The translations under genes were made by a program, and so were the position numbers. Of a stretch of 64,000 bases of DNA, positions 19,790-28,222 are shown piece by piece; position 1 is the stretch's first letter, and every line of letters begins with the position of its first letter. Below the pieces are notes generated by a model that saw only the letters and a program-made list of their open reading frames with translations, searched no databases and was not told the DNA's origin. The DNA is taken from contig CAMVNV010000002.1 in the NCBI GenBank assembly GCA_947168935.1, forward strand, positions 683 through 64,682, in the 5' to 3' direction. This DNA is from an uncultured Butyrivibrio sp. (lineage in GTDB: Bacteria; Bacillota; Clostridia; Lachnospirales; Lachnospiraceae).

Positions 19790-20950
19790 ATGAGAATTCT
19801 ATTTTTTACATGGCGTGGTTCTTATATAGATGACGATCTGGAATATTTCTTTAAAAAGCTGGGACATGATTGCTCTCGAATCTGGAATGATCACGGTGAT
19901 ATTCCAAATAGATATGAAGATGATGAGTTCCTTGAATATTTTAATAAACAGGTATTAAGTAAAGGCTTTGATGTTTGCTTTACAACTAATTATTGGCCCC
20001 TTGTAGCTATAGGATGCCGCAAGCATGGCCTGCCCTATATTTCCTGGTCCTATGACTCTCCACCTAATCTTCCTAAGACTGATACCATGGAGTATGATAC
20101 CAATCACATTTTCTTTTTCTCAAGAGATGATGTAAATAATTACAGGAAAAAAGGGATAGAACATGTATACCACATGCCGCTTGCAGTTAACACAAACAGG
20201 TGGGATAAGGTTGCAGCAAATAATTTAAGTTTTTTAGCCGATATATCTCTTGTAGGTAAGACATATCAGTCTACACTACCTAAGTTAAAAACCAGAATGA
20301 CTGATTATCAAAAGGGCTATATCGATGCAATTGTAGCATCACAGCAGTTTAATGATCAGGCATATATTATGAGGGATGCTGTTACAGATAAACTAATAAA
20401 GAGTATAAATGAAACCTATGCAACATATCCCGATAATAAGCTTACGATTACAGCTTCTCAGCTTGTGTACTCTATATCAACATTTGTTACACATATAGAC
20501 AGGCTTTCTCTTTTAAAACTATTATCTACTAAATTTGACACACATCTATATACCTATGATCTGCCGAAAAAAGAATACAAGCTCATCCCAAATGTCAAAG
20601 TGCATGGCCAGGTATCTTATGAAGAAGAAATGCCTCAGATCTTTAAACTTAGTAAGATCAATCTCTGTCCCACATTTAGAGGTAATTCTTCCGGACTTCC
20701 TTTAAGACAATTAGACGTAATGGGATGCGGAGGATTTCTTCTTAGCAGTTTCAGAACAGAACTGTATGAAGAGTTTACAGATGGCGTAGATACCGCCATG
20801 TATTACGGACTTGAAGATGCTCTTGATAAGGCAGAATATTATATGTCCCACGATGATGTGAGACTTTCTATAGCAAGGAAGGGCTATGAGAAAGTAAAAA
20901 AATATTATACCTATGAGGACAGACTTGAGAGAATGCTTGGATATATCTAA
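19790..20950 (+). CDS. CgeB/DUF3880-type GT-B glycosyltransferase
   Basis: YISWSYDSP, HMPLAVN, EMPQIFKLSKINL, GLPLRQLDVMGCGGFLL. Confidence 0.85.
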   Translation: MRILFFTWRGSYIDDDLEYFFKKLGHDCSRIWNDHGDIPNRYEDDEFLEYFNKQVLSKGFDVCFTTNYWPLVAIGCRKHGLPYISWSYDSPPNLPKTDTMEYDTNHIFFFSRDDVNNYRKKGIEHVYHMPLAVNTNRWDKVAANNLSFLADISLVGKTYQSTLPKLKTRMTDYQKGYIDAIVASQQFNDQAYIMRDAVTDKLIKSINETYATYPDNKLTITASQLVYSISTFVTHIDRLSLLKLLSTKFDTHLYTYDLPKKEYKLIPNVKVHGQVSYEEEMPQIFKLSKINLCPTFRGNSSGLPLRQLDVMGCGGFLLSSFRTELYEEFTDGVDTAMYYGLEDALDKAEYYMSHDDVRLSIARKGYEKVKKYYTYEDRLERMLGYI

Positions 20951-21001
20951 TGTTTGACGCTTTTTGAATGGTATCTGTTTTATTTGATACGAGGTATCCA
21001 C

Positions 21002-22081
21002 ATGGATAAAGAGACTCTGCTTCGCTATACCGGAACTAAAGATATGAATATAGTAGATGCTATGCAGAAGATAGATGAGAATGGTAAGGGAATCCTCTAT
21101 ATCTTAAATAGCAAAGGGCAGTTGTCTGGTTCTGTGTCTGATGGGGATATCCGCAGATGGATCATCACAACAGGCAATCTCCAGGGAAGCGTTAGAGACA
21201 TTATGAAAAAAGACCCTAAGTGCCTTTCAGAAGAAGCCAAAGACAAGGCAGGAAAGCTTATGTCCATGGAATCTGTAAGGTCTGTTCCTATTGTCAATGA
21301 ACACAGGAAGATCGTTGACATCGTATTTATAGAAGATATCCATCGCCGCAGAAGAAAGAAAAATAAATCCTTAAAGGGAATTCCTGTAATAATCATGGCA
21401 GGAGGTAAGGGAACCAGACTATATCCTTATACCAAGATACTTCCCAAACCTCTTATACCGATAGGCGAAATCCCCATCCTTGAAAGGATAATCAATAGAT
21501 TCTGTTCTTATGGAGCAGACGAATTTTATATAACAGTTAATTATAAAAAAGAAATGATAAAGTCCTATTTCAAGGACCTGAACTCATCCTATACCATTCA
21601 CTACGTCGAGGAAGGTAAGCCCCTTGGAACAGCTGGCGGTATAAGCCTTATAAAAGATAAGCTGCAGGGCCCTGTTATCATAACGAATTGCGACATCATG
21701 ATAGAAGCTGACTACGAAGCAGTTCTAGAGCGTCATAAGTCATCAGGAGATGCCATTACTATAGTGTCATCTCTTAAGAATACTATTATTCCATACGGAG
21801 TCTTATATACAAGTGAAGAGGGAGTTGTTTCATCACTTGATGAAAAGCCGAGCCTATCATACCTGATCAATACAGGTATGTATGTGATAGATGCAGAGTA
21901 TCTTAACATGATCCCCGAAGATACTATCTACAATATGACAGATCTTATTGATGATTTTATGAAGCTGGGAATGAAGGTTGGAGTATTCCCAATAAGCGAA
22001 AATTCATTTCTCGATATGGGACAGTTTGAAGAGCTCAGGAAGATGGAAGAGCGCATAAATGCGGGAGATATTAATGAATAA
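21002..22081 (+). CDS. CBS-domain sugar-phosphate nucleotidyltransferase (PtmE/LegX-like)
   Basis: N-terminal CBS pair (SDGDIRR), MAGGKGTRLYP..PKPL, PLGTAG, NCD. Start ATG 21002 after GAGG. Confidence 0.9.
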   Translation: MDKETLLRYTGTKDMNIVDAMQKIDENGKGILYILNSKGQLSGSVSDGDIRRWIITTGNLQGSVRDIMKKDPKCLSEEAKDKAGKLMSMESVRSVPIVNEHRKIVDIVFIEDIHRRRRKKNKSLKGIPVIIMAGGKGTRLYPYTKILPKPLIPIGEIPILERIINRFCSYGADEFYITVNYKKEMIKSYFKDLNSSYTIHYVEEGKPLGTAGGISLIKDKLQGPVIITNCDIMIEADYEAVLERHKSSGDAITIVSSLKNTIIPYGVLYTSEEGVVSSLDEKPSLSYLINTGMYVIDAEYLNMIPEDTIYNMTDLIDDFMKLGMKVGVFPISENSFLDMGQFEELRKMEERINAGDINE

Positions 22082-22108
22082 AAATGTTTTGATAAAGAGG
22101 ATCTGAAG

Positions 22109-22390
22109 ATGGCAATTATAAATGGTGAAGAAAACTTAACTATCAGAATACAAAATGAAGCCCGTATACTCTATCAAAATAGTGAGCAGGAAGGACTTAA
22201 TAACTTTATGCCACTTATAAAAGACATAACGAATGCGGTCATGCCATATACTACTTCTGGAAGTAGCGAAGTTCAGATTGTCCTCCAAAACCTGCAAAAA
22301 GGGGTGGAAGCCTATAAACATACAGATATGATAGGCATGGCTGATAGTCTTTTGATAATCGGGGGAAAACTAAATGAATGCGGTTTATGA
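22109..22390 (+). CDS. Small helical hypothetical protein coupled to maf
   Basis: GAGG RBS; overlaps the maf start. Confidence 0.65.
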   Translation: MAIINGEENLTIRIQNEARILYQNSEQEGLNNFMPLIKDITNAVMPYTTSGSSEVQIVLQNLQKGVEAYKHTDMIGMADSLLIIGGKLNECGL

Positions 22391-24251
22391 AAAGAATCTC
22401 GAAGCACTTAAAAAGAGACATTATCTTGATGGCGAAAATGATAAAAGTATAGAAGAAGCGCTTAGTACTGGTCAAAGCGATATTAAGTCTTTGTATGATA
22501 TAAACATATCGTCAGATACTATGGACAAAAGCATAGTCTGTATTACTAAAGATGGCTATGAATATGCCCTTTCAAGCAGAGTAGACAGTGAGGGCGCAGC
22601 CGAGATATATGCTGAAAGATTTAATAATCCTGAACCGTTTGAAACCTATTGCCTTTTTGGGCTTGGAGATGGCAGGATAGCAAGAAATGTTCTAAAAAAC
22701 TTATATGATAACAATCTTCTTATTGCAATAGAGCCGGATATAGAAGTTGTCTTGACCGTGATGAATACCTTCGATATTTCGGATCTTATTAGTAATGATC
22801 AATTTTATCTTTTGATAGGTAATCCAAGACTCTATGAAAATCTCCAGGATATTCTTGAGGGAGTTATCAATGCAGGAACTATAGCTCCCATAAGATTCCT
22901 TATATCCCCTGGATATGACGCCCTATATTATGATATGTGTGATAGCTGTATCAAGATGGCAGATTATGTCATGGATGCCATAAGAATCAATAGCAATACC
23001 CTTATCAAGATGACAGATGTAATGAATCTTAATACCTTTAAGAATATAAAATATCTGGTAGAAGGTTCTGATTTTCGCAGTATTATAGATAAGTTTAAAG
23101 AAATAGATCTGCGTGACATTCCTGCCATACTTGTTTCTGCAGGTCCTTCCCTTGATAAAAATATTGATGATCTAAAAAGAGCTGAAGGCAAAGCTTTTAT
23201 TTTTGCAGTTGATTCTGCTGCTAGAGCACTTGAAAACCATAATATAAATTATAATGCAGTTACTACAGGAGATGCTGAAAAAGAATATTCTGTATTTGAA
23301 GATGACAGAACCCGTACAAAACCATTGATCGCAGAGATATCATCAAATTATAAGATCATTGAAAACTGGAAGGGGAGACTTTTCTTTGACCAGGCTGCAA
23401 TGGGATATGTACTTCAAAAGTCAATCCTTGATGGAGTTCTTCCTCATGATCTTGGAGGCGTTGAAACTGGCGGATCTATATCCACTAATGCTTTTTCTGC
23501 CCTTATGTCTCTTGGATTTAAAACTATCGTACTTGTAGGGCAGGATCTAGCTTTTACAGGCGGTAAAGGACATGTTGAGGGATTTAGCGATCAGGAATCT
23601 GATGAGGATTTAAAATTTAGAGGAATAGAACAGGTTGAAGGCTGGGATGGCACGATGCTTACAACTGACGCTCAGATGAGATATTATGTCAGATGGTTTG
23701 AAAAGAAGATAGAAGCAGTTAAGGATGATATCACAGTAATTGATGCTACAGAAGGTGGAGCCAAGATACAGGGCGCTATAAATATGACGCTTAATGAAGT
23801 TATTGATACTAGATGCACAAAATCTTGCGATTTTGATGAGGTGTTAAGAAGCGTTCCTAACACCTTTGAAGGTGAAAATATAAATAAGTGCAAAGACCAT
23901 CTAAAAAAGCTTCCGGATAGACTATTGGACTATGAAAAGAAACTCAAAAAGTTCAAGGAAGCTTATATAAAGATGAGTGAGTTTATTAAAAAAGGCATCA
24001 CTTCAGGAAAAGAGTTTGATAAAACCTATAAAGTAGTCAAAGAAGCTAATAAAACAGAGTTTAAAGAACCTTTATATCACCTTGTCACTTCGTTTTGTCT
24101 AAGAGAGGTTTATAGATATAAGAATATAGTAATGGATAAGGATAAGCCGATGGATGAAGTCCTTATGGCTTGTGCTCAGATGATGGATGATTGCATTAAT
24201 GCGATTGAAAAAATAATCAAATTAATCAAAAAAGAATGGAATTGGCTATAA
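22374..24251 (+). CDS. maf: Motility-associated factor (Maf, DUF115/MAF_flag10), a flagellin nonulosonate transferase
   Basis: FGLGDG, AILVSAGPSLDKNI, AVDSA, TGGSI, LVGQDLAF, IDATEGGAKI; adjacent to flagellin. Confidence 0.88.
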   Translation: MNAVYEKNLEALKKRHYLDGENDKSIEEALSTGQSDIKSLYDINISSDTMDKSIVCITKDGYEYALSSRVDSEGAAEIYAERFNNPEPFETYCLFGLGDGRIARNVLKNLYDNNLLIAIEPDIEVVLTVMNTFDISDLISNDQFYLLIGNPRLYENLQDILEGVINAGTIAPIRFLISPGYDALYYDMCDSCIKMADYVMDAIRINSNTLIKMTDVMNLNTFKNIKYLVEGSDFRSIIDKFKEIDLRDIPAILVSAGPSLDKNIDDLKRAEGKAFIFAVDSAARALENHNINYNAVTTGDAEKEYSVFEDDRTRTKPLIAEISSNYKIIENWKGRLFFDQAAMGYVLQKSILDGVLPHDLGGVETGGSISTNAFSALMSLGFKTIVLVGQDLAFTGGKGHVEGFSDQESDEDLKFRGIEQVEGWDGTMLTTDAQMRYYVRWFEKKIEAVKDDITVIDATEGGAKIQGAINMTLNEVIDTRCTKSCDFDEVLRSVPNTFEGENINKCKDHLKKLPDRLLDYEKKLKKFKEAYIKMSEFIKKGITSGKEFDKTYKVVKEANKTEFKEPLYHLVTSFCLREVYRYKNIVMDKDKPMDEVLMACAQMMDDCINAIEKIIKLIKKEWNWL

Positions 24252-24252
24252 A
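24215..24252 (+). repeat. Direct repeat copy 1 (38 bp, 3' end of maf)
   Basis: AATCAAATTAATCAAAAAAGAATGGAATTGGCTATAAA; 37/38 identical to 24761-24798. Confidence 0.9.
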
Positions 24253-24320
24253 AGATATTCTGTGAACTGTGGTATCGTTTTTAGAAGCTCTATACATTAT
24301 TAGTACTCAAAATAAACGCA

Positions 24321-24434
24321 AAACAAAACGTAAAATTTTACGTTTTGTTTGATCGACGATTAAAAGCTGTTTGTCATGACTTTCAATGCAACGAAAATGC
24401 AACGTAAAAAAATACGTTGCATTTTCGTTGCATT
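24321..24434. repeat. Two long inverted repeats inside the insert
   Basis: Perfect 30-bp palindrome at 24321-24350; 22-bp arms with an A6 loop at 24385-24434; both share AACGTA...TACGTT. Confidence 0.85.
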
Positions 24435-24439
24435 AATAA

Positions 24440-24757
24440 TATATTGAAACGTTCGGCACAGGAATAACTCGAATTGTTAATGCTTATAAAACTTACCAAA
24501 TGAAGCCGCGTTTTGAAATAAAAGATAATTCTATAACAGTCACATTGCCAGTGTTATCCTCGACTAAATTCGTTTCATCAGATGAAAATGAAGTACTTCA
24601 TTTACTAGGTGGCGAAATGCGTTACAGTAGTAGTGAAATAGCCCAAAAGCTTAATTGGAGCAAAGATAAGGCAGTAAGAATAATAAATGGTCTGGTTGCG
24701 TCAGGCTATGCCATGAAACATGGAACTGGTAGAGGTACGAAATATTCGAAGAAGTAA
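24440..24757 (+). pseudogene. C-terminal remnant of an AlbA_2/HATPase_c_4 (RecG-C-like) + wHTH protein
   Basis: In-frame YIETFGTGITRIVNAY upstream of ATG 24500, then ...ITVTLP, an HTH and GTGRGTKY; N-terminal part missing. Confidence 0.75.
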
Positions 24758-24760
24758 AAA

Positions 24761-24798
24761 AATCAAATTAATAAAAAAAGAATGGAATTGGCTATAAA
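24761..24798 (+). repeat. Direct repeat copy 2 (38 bp)
   Basis: AATCAAATTAATAAAAAAAGAATGGAATTGGCTATAAA. Confidence 0.9.
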
Positions 24799-24821
24799 GA
24801 TTCTGATTTTTTTGTCGATAA
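24795..24821 (+). promoter_or_regulatory. Sigma28 promoter of flagellin 1
   Basis: TAAA-N15-GTCGATAA. Confidence 0.85.
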
Positions 24822-24878
24822 ATAATGTGTAAGGGAATAAACCGTGGATAGTCACGGTCATCCCGCAAACACGCAAAC

Positions 24879-24898
24879 CGAAAGCACGGATGCTTTCG
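24879..24898 (+). promoter_or_regulatory. CsrA-binding hairpin in the flagellin 1 leader
   Basis: CGAAAGC-ACGGAT-GCTTTCG just upstream of the SD AAGGAGG, the same layout as the B. subtilis hag leader. Confidence 0.7.
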
Positions 24899-24925
24899 AG
24901 GTCTTTTTTCAAGGAGGAAAAAAAT

Positions 24926-25744
24926 ATGGTAGTACAACACAATCTCACAGCAATGAATTCACAGAGACAGCTTGGTATCACAACAGATTTACAGGCTAAG
25001 TCTTCAGAGAAACTCTCATCCGGTTACAAGATTAACCGTGCAGCAGATGATGCAGCAGGTCTTTCAATTTCCGAAAAGATGAGAAGACAGATCAGAGGTC
25101 TTAATCAGGCATCTGACAACGCACAGGATGGTATATCTGCAGTACAGACAGCTGAAGGTGCTCTTCAGGAAGTACAGGATATGCTTCAGCGTATGAACCA
25201 GCTGGCAGTTAAGGCTTCTAATGACACACTTACATCAGATGATAGAGGATACATTCAGGCAGAAGTTAACAAGCTCGTATCCGAGATCAATCGTACAGCA
25301 TCAACAACTCAGTTCAATAACCAGAACCTTCTCGATGGTTCATTCACATCTAAGAAGCTTCAGGTTGGTACTGAGAACGTAGCTGATAGCCGTATCAACG
25401 TTTCTATCGGTTCTATGGGTGCTAAGTCTCTTGGTGTTAGCGGACTTTCAGTAAGTACTGGAACAAATGCTCAGGGTGCTATTGATACAGTTAAGTCAGC
25501 TATCCAGTCTGTTTCCAGCATGAGATCTGATCTTGGTGCTATTCAGAACAGACTTGAGCACACAATCAAGAACCTTGATAACATCGCTGAGAACACAACA
25601 GCAGCTGAATCACAGATCCGTGATACAGATATGGCTGAAGAGATGGTTAAGTATTCGAATAATAACATCCTTGCTCAGGCAGGTCAGTCAATGCTTGCAC
25701 AGGCTAACCAGTCTAACCAGGGCGTTCTTTCAATCCTTGGCTAA
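24926..25744 (+). CDS. fliC: Flagellin 1 (272 aa, short, lacking extended outer domains)
   Basis: MVVQHN, EKLSSGYKINRAADDAAGL, LQRM, RSDLGAIQNRLEH, IRDTDMA, QSMLAQAN. Start ATG 24926 after AAGGAGG. Confidence 0.97.
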   Translation: MVVQHNLTAMNSQRQLGITTDLQAKSSEKLSSGYKINRAADDAAGLSISEKMRRQIRGLNQASDNAQDGISAVQTAEGALQEVQDMLQRMNQLAVKASNDTLTSDDRGYIQAEVNKLVSEINRTASTTQFNNQNLLDGSFTSKKLQVGTENVADSRINVSIGSMGAKSLGVSGLSVSTGTNAQGAIDTVKSAIQSVSSMRSDLGAIQNRLEHTIKNLDNIAENTTAAESQIRDTDMAEEMVKYSNNNILAQAGQSMLAQANQSNQGVLSILG

Positions 25745-25796
25745 TCTTCATCAAATTAGTAAATCTGTCATTTTAAGTGAATGATTGCAACTACCA

Positions 25797-25830
25797 AAAG
25801 GAGCCCCGGAAACATCACCGGGGTTTCTTT
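25797..25830 (+). terminator. Intrinsic terminator of flagellin 1
   Basis: AAAGGAGCCCCGG-N8-CCGGGGTTTCTTT. Confidence 0.85.
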
Positions 25831-25885
25831 CAGTGTGTCTTTATTTCTTCTGGGAACAGAGTTGAATAAAATTTACAAGAAATTC

Positions 25886-25912
25886 TAAAGTTTTAAATTT
25901 TGATGTCGATAA
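25886..25912 (+). promoter_or_regulatory. Orphan sigma28 promoter
   Basis: TAAA-N15-GTCGATAA followed by GTGTAA, like the flagellin 1 promoter. Confidence 0.7.
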
Positions 25913-25929
25913 ATATAGTGTAAAGAGAA

Positions 25930-25962
25930 AGATCCAGATGATAATCATCTGGATCTATTTTT
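25930..25962 (+). terminator. Hairpin plus T tract immediately after the orphan promoter
   Basis: AGATCCAGATGAT-A-ATCATCTGGATCT-ATTTTT. Confidence 0.55.
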
Positions 25963-26021
25963 GTGGCATAATATTATACTCTTATTTTATACAAAAATCA
26001 AGAATTTTATTGGTATATCTA

Positions 26022-26048
26022 TTAAGTTTTCTCTTACCCTACCGATAT
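26022..26048 (+). promoter_or_regulatory. Sigma28 promoter of flagellin 2
   Basis: TTAA-N15-ACCGATAT followed by GTGTAA. Confidence 0.7.
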
Positions 26049-26164
26049 AAAGAGTGTAAGAAAGTTTCAGCCTTGGAAAGGAATCCGCAAAGTAGGCTAC
26101 ATAAATTTAAGAAAAGGAGAGTGGCAGCAGGGAAGCGGGCCCCGATTCAAGGAGGAAATTAAAT

Positions 26165-26983
26165 ATGGTAGTACAACACAACATAACCGCAATGAACGCT
26201 CAGAGACAGCTTGGTATTACGACAGACAATCAGGCAAAGTCTTCAGAAAAACTCTCATCAGGTTACAAGATCAATCGTGCAGCAGATGATGCTGCAGGTC
26301 TCGCAATTTCCGAAAAAATGAGAAGACAGATCAGAGGTCTTTCACAGGCATCTGATAACGCACAGGATGGTATCTCCTGCGTACAGATCGCAGAAGGTGC
26401 GCTGCAGGAAGTTCAGGATATGCTTCAGCGTATGAACGAACTTGCAGTTAAGGCAGCAAATGATACTCTTACATCAGACGATAGAGGCTACATCCAGCAG
26501 GAAGTTAACGCTCTTGTATCTGAGATCAATAGAACAGCATCCACTACAGAATTCAATAACCAGACACTTCTTGATGGAACATTCATAGGCAAGAATCTTC
26601 AGGTTGGTTCCGAGAACCTTACAGATAGTAGAATAGTAATCTCCATCTGCTCACTAGGTGCAGCGGGAATTGGTGTTAGCGGACTTAGTGTATCAACTAA
26701 TGTAAATGCAGATCAGGCAATCAGTATAGTTAAAGATGCTATCACATCAATCTCCAGTATGAGATCTGACCTCGGTGCTCTTCAGAACAGACTTGAACAC
26801 ACCATCAAGAATCTCGATAACATCGGTGAAAACACATCAGCAGCTGAATCACAGATCCGTGATACAGATATGGCAGAAGAGATGGTTAGATATTCAAATA
26901 ATAACATCCTTGCTCAGGCAGGCCAGTCAATGCTCGCTCAGGCTAACCAGACCAATCAGGGTGTATTATCACTTCTCCAGTAA
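26165..26983 (+). CDS. fliC: Flagellin 2 (272 aa)
   Basis: Close paralogue of flagellin 1 with the same D0/D1 motifs; SD AAGGAGG. Confidence 0.97.
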   Translation: MVVQHNITAMNAQRQLGITTDNQAKSSEKLSSGYKINRAADDAAGLAISEKMRRQIRGLSQASDNAQDGISCVQIAEGALQEVQDMLQRMNELAVKAANDTLTSDDRGYIQQEVNALVSEINRTASTTEFNNQTLLDGTFIGKNLQVGSENLTDSRIVISICSLGAAGIGVSGLSVSTNVNADQAISIVKDAITSISSMRSDLGALQNRLEHTIKNLDNIGENTSAAESQIRDTDMAEEMVRYSNNNILAQAGQSMLAQANQTNQGVLSLLQ

Positions 26984-27016
26984 AATATATACTAAATATG
27001 GTATAATATATACTAA

Positions 27017-27052
27017 CAGGAAATCCGGCAGTTCACCTGCCGGATTTTTCTG
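27017..27052 (+). terminator. Intrinsic terminator of flagellin 2
   Basis: AAATCCGGCAG-TTCAC-CTGCCGGATTTTT. Confidence 0.85.
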
Positions 27053-27103
27053 AAAGTATATATAACTATATATTTAGTATTTTTTTGTTTTTTATCAGGA
27101 AGG

Positions 27104-28189
27104 ATGTTGTATATGAAATATTCACTTTGCAATGACTTCTTAAATTCTCAAAAAGTCTTATATCCTTTTGGAGAATATCTATCTGACTACAGATCCGGAA
27201 AGCATGATTTTGCTCCCTGGTCTGTAGAAATCCATCCCACAGCAAGATGTAATCATAACTGCATTCATTGTTCGTATAAGGAAAGAAATGAAAGCCGTTG
27301 TCATATGGACAAAGGCGTTTTTGACAAGCTTATAGATTCTCTTATAGCTATGAAAGTTAAAGGTGTATATTTCTCCGGAGGCGGAGAACCCTGTATATAC
27401 GAAGGCCTTGCTGATAGCGTTGTAAAGTTATATGAAAACGGTGTAGAGTCTGCGCTTGTTTCTAATGGCTCACTTATTGAGTCCTCAGGTGTTTTAGATG
27501 TTGCAGATCACTTTAATTATATTGCCTTGTCAGTTCCAAGCTGCACAGAAGATCTATTCAAGAAGATCACAGGAACGACAAATATGTCTAAGGTTTTAGC
27601 CATTCCATCCAAGATAAAAGAAAGATTTGGTGATAAGTCACCTGTAATAGGTTCAAGGGTCGTTGTAACTAATCTTATAGTTGATGAAGTTCCTCATATC
27701 CTTGAGACAATCAAGGAAAGAGAATTTGATTATGCTATTTTCAAAATCGTAAGAGACTATGAAGACAGAGGACTTGGCGTATCAGATGATAAAGCCAAAG
27801 AACTTGAAGATGTAATTAGAAATCTCCTACAGGAAGGCAAGATAGATCATAACTTTACTAATCTTGATACTGTATTCCAATATAGAAAACCATACACAAG
27901 ATCGCCTATATGTCATATTAATCAAATGGGACTTCTGGCAGCAGTTACACCTGAAGGAGATGTATACCCCAACATCTCAGAGATAGGCAAAGAAGAATTC
28001 CTTGTTGGTAATCTTTATAAGAATTCATTTGAAGAAATATGGAATAGTAAAAGACACGATGAAGTCAAAGAAGCTTCCAATAAGAGATGGAGCTGCGGAG
28101 ATTGTAAGAACTGCAGAGCTATAAGTTATAACATGATCATGGAAGAGATACTTACAAAGCTTCCAATCCAGATGGATCCATTTATCTGA
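27104..28189 (+). CDS. Radical SAM protein with a SPASM/twitch-type C-terminus
   Basis: CNHNCIHC, FSGGGEP, SNG, PEGDVYP...VGNL...EEIW...CGDCKNC. Confidence 0.9.
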   Translation: MLYMKYSLCNDFLNSQKVLYPFGEYLSDYRSGKHDFAPWSVEIHPTARCNHNCIHCSYKERNESRCHMDKGVFDKLIDSLIAMKVKGVYFSGGGEPCIYEGLADSVVKLYENGVESALVSNGSLIESSGVLDVADHFNYIALSVPSCTEDLFKKITGTTNMSKVLAIPSKIKERFGDKSPVIGSRVVVTNLIVDEVPHILETIKEREFDYAIFKIVRDYEDRGLGVSDDKAKELEDVIRNLLQEGKIDHNFTNLDTVFQYRKPYTRSPICHINQMGLLAAVTPEGDVYPNISEIGKEEFLVGNLYKNSFEEIWNSKRHDEVKEASNKRWSCGDCKNCRAISYNMIMEEILTKLPIQMDPFI

Positions 28190-28222
28190 GAGTGATAATC
28201 GATAAGCCTGGGAGATTACAAC

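Noticed and set aside
24890-24925. Longer starts given in the ORF track for flagellin 1 (and similarly 20954, 39242, 45865, 56309)
   Set aside because: Downstream ATGs have proper SD sequences and match family N-termini.
26050-26160. c-di-GMP-I riboswitch in the flagellin 2 leader (contains GAAA and CGCAAAG)
   Set aside because: Could not build the P1/P2 architecture or tetraloop receptor; GGA hairpins explain the leader better. An Rfam scan would settle it.
25938-26162. 74-aa ORF between the flagellins (also 12236-12433 before flaG)
   Set aside because: Spans promoter, hairpin and leader sequence, has no RBS and shows no protein-like features.
25745-26164. Invertible flagellar phase switch
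   Set aside because: No inverted repeats flank a promoter, all sigma28 promoters face the same way, and no recombinase is nearby.
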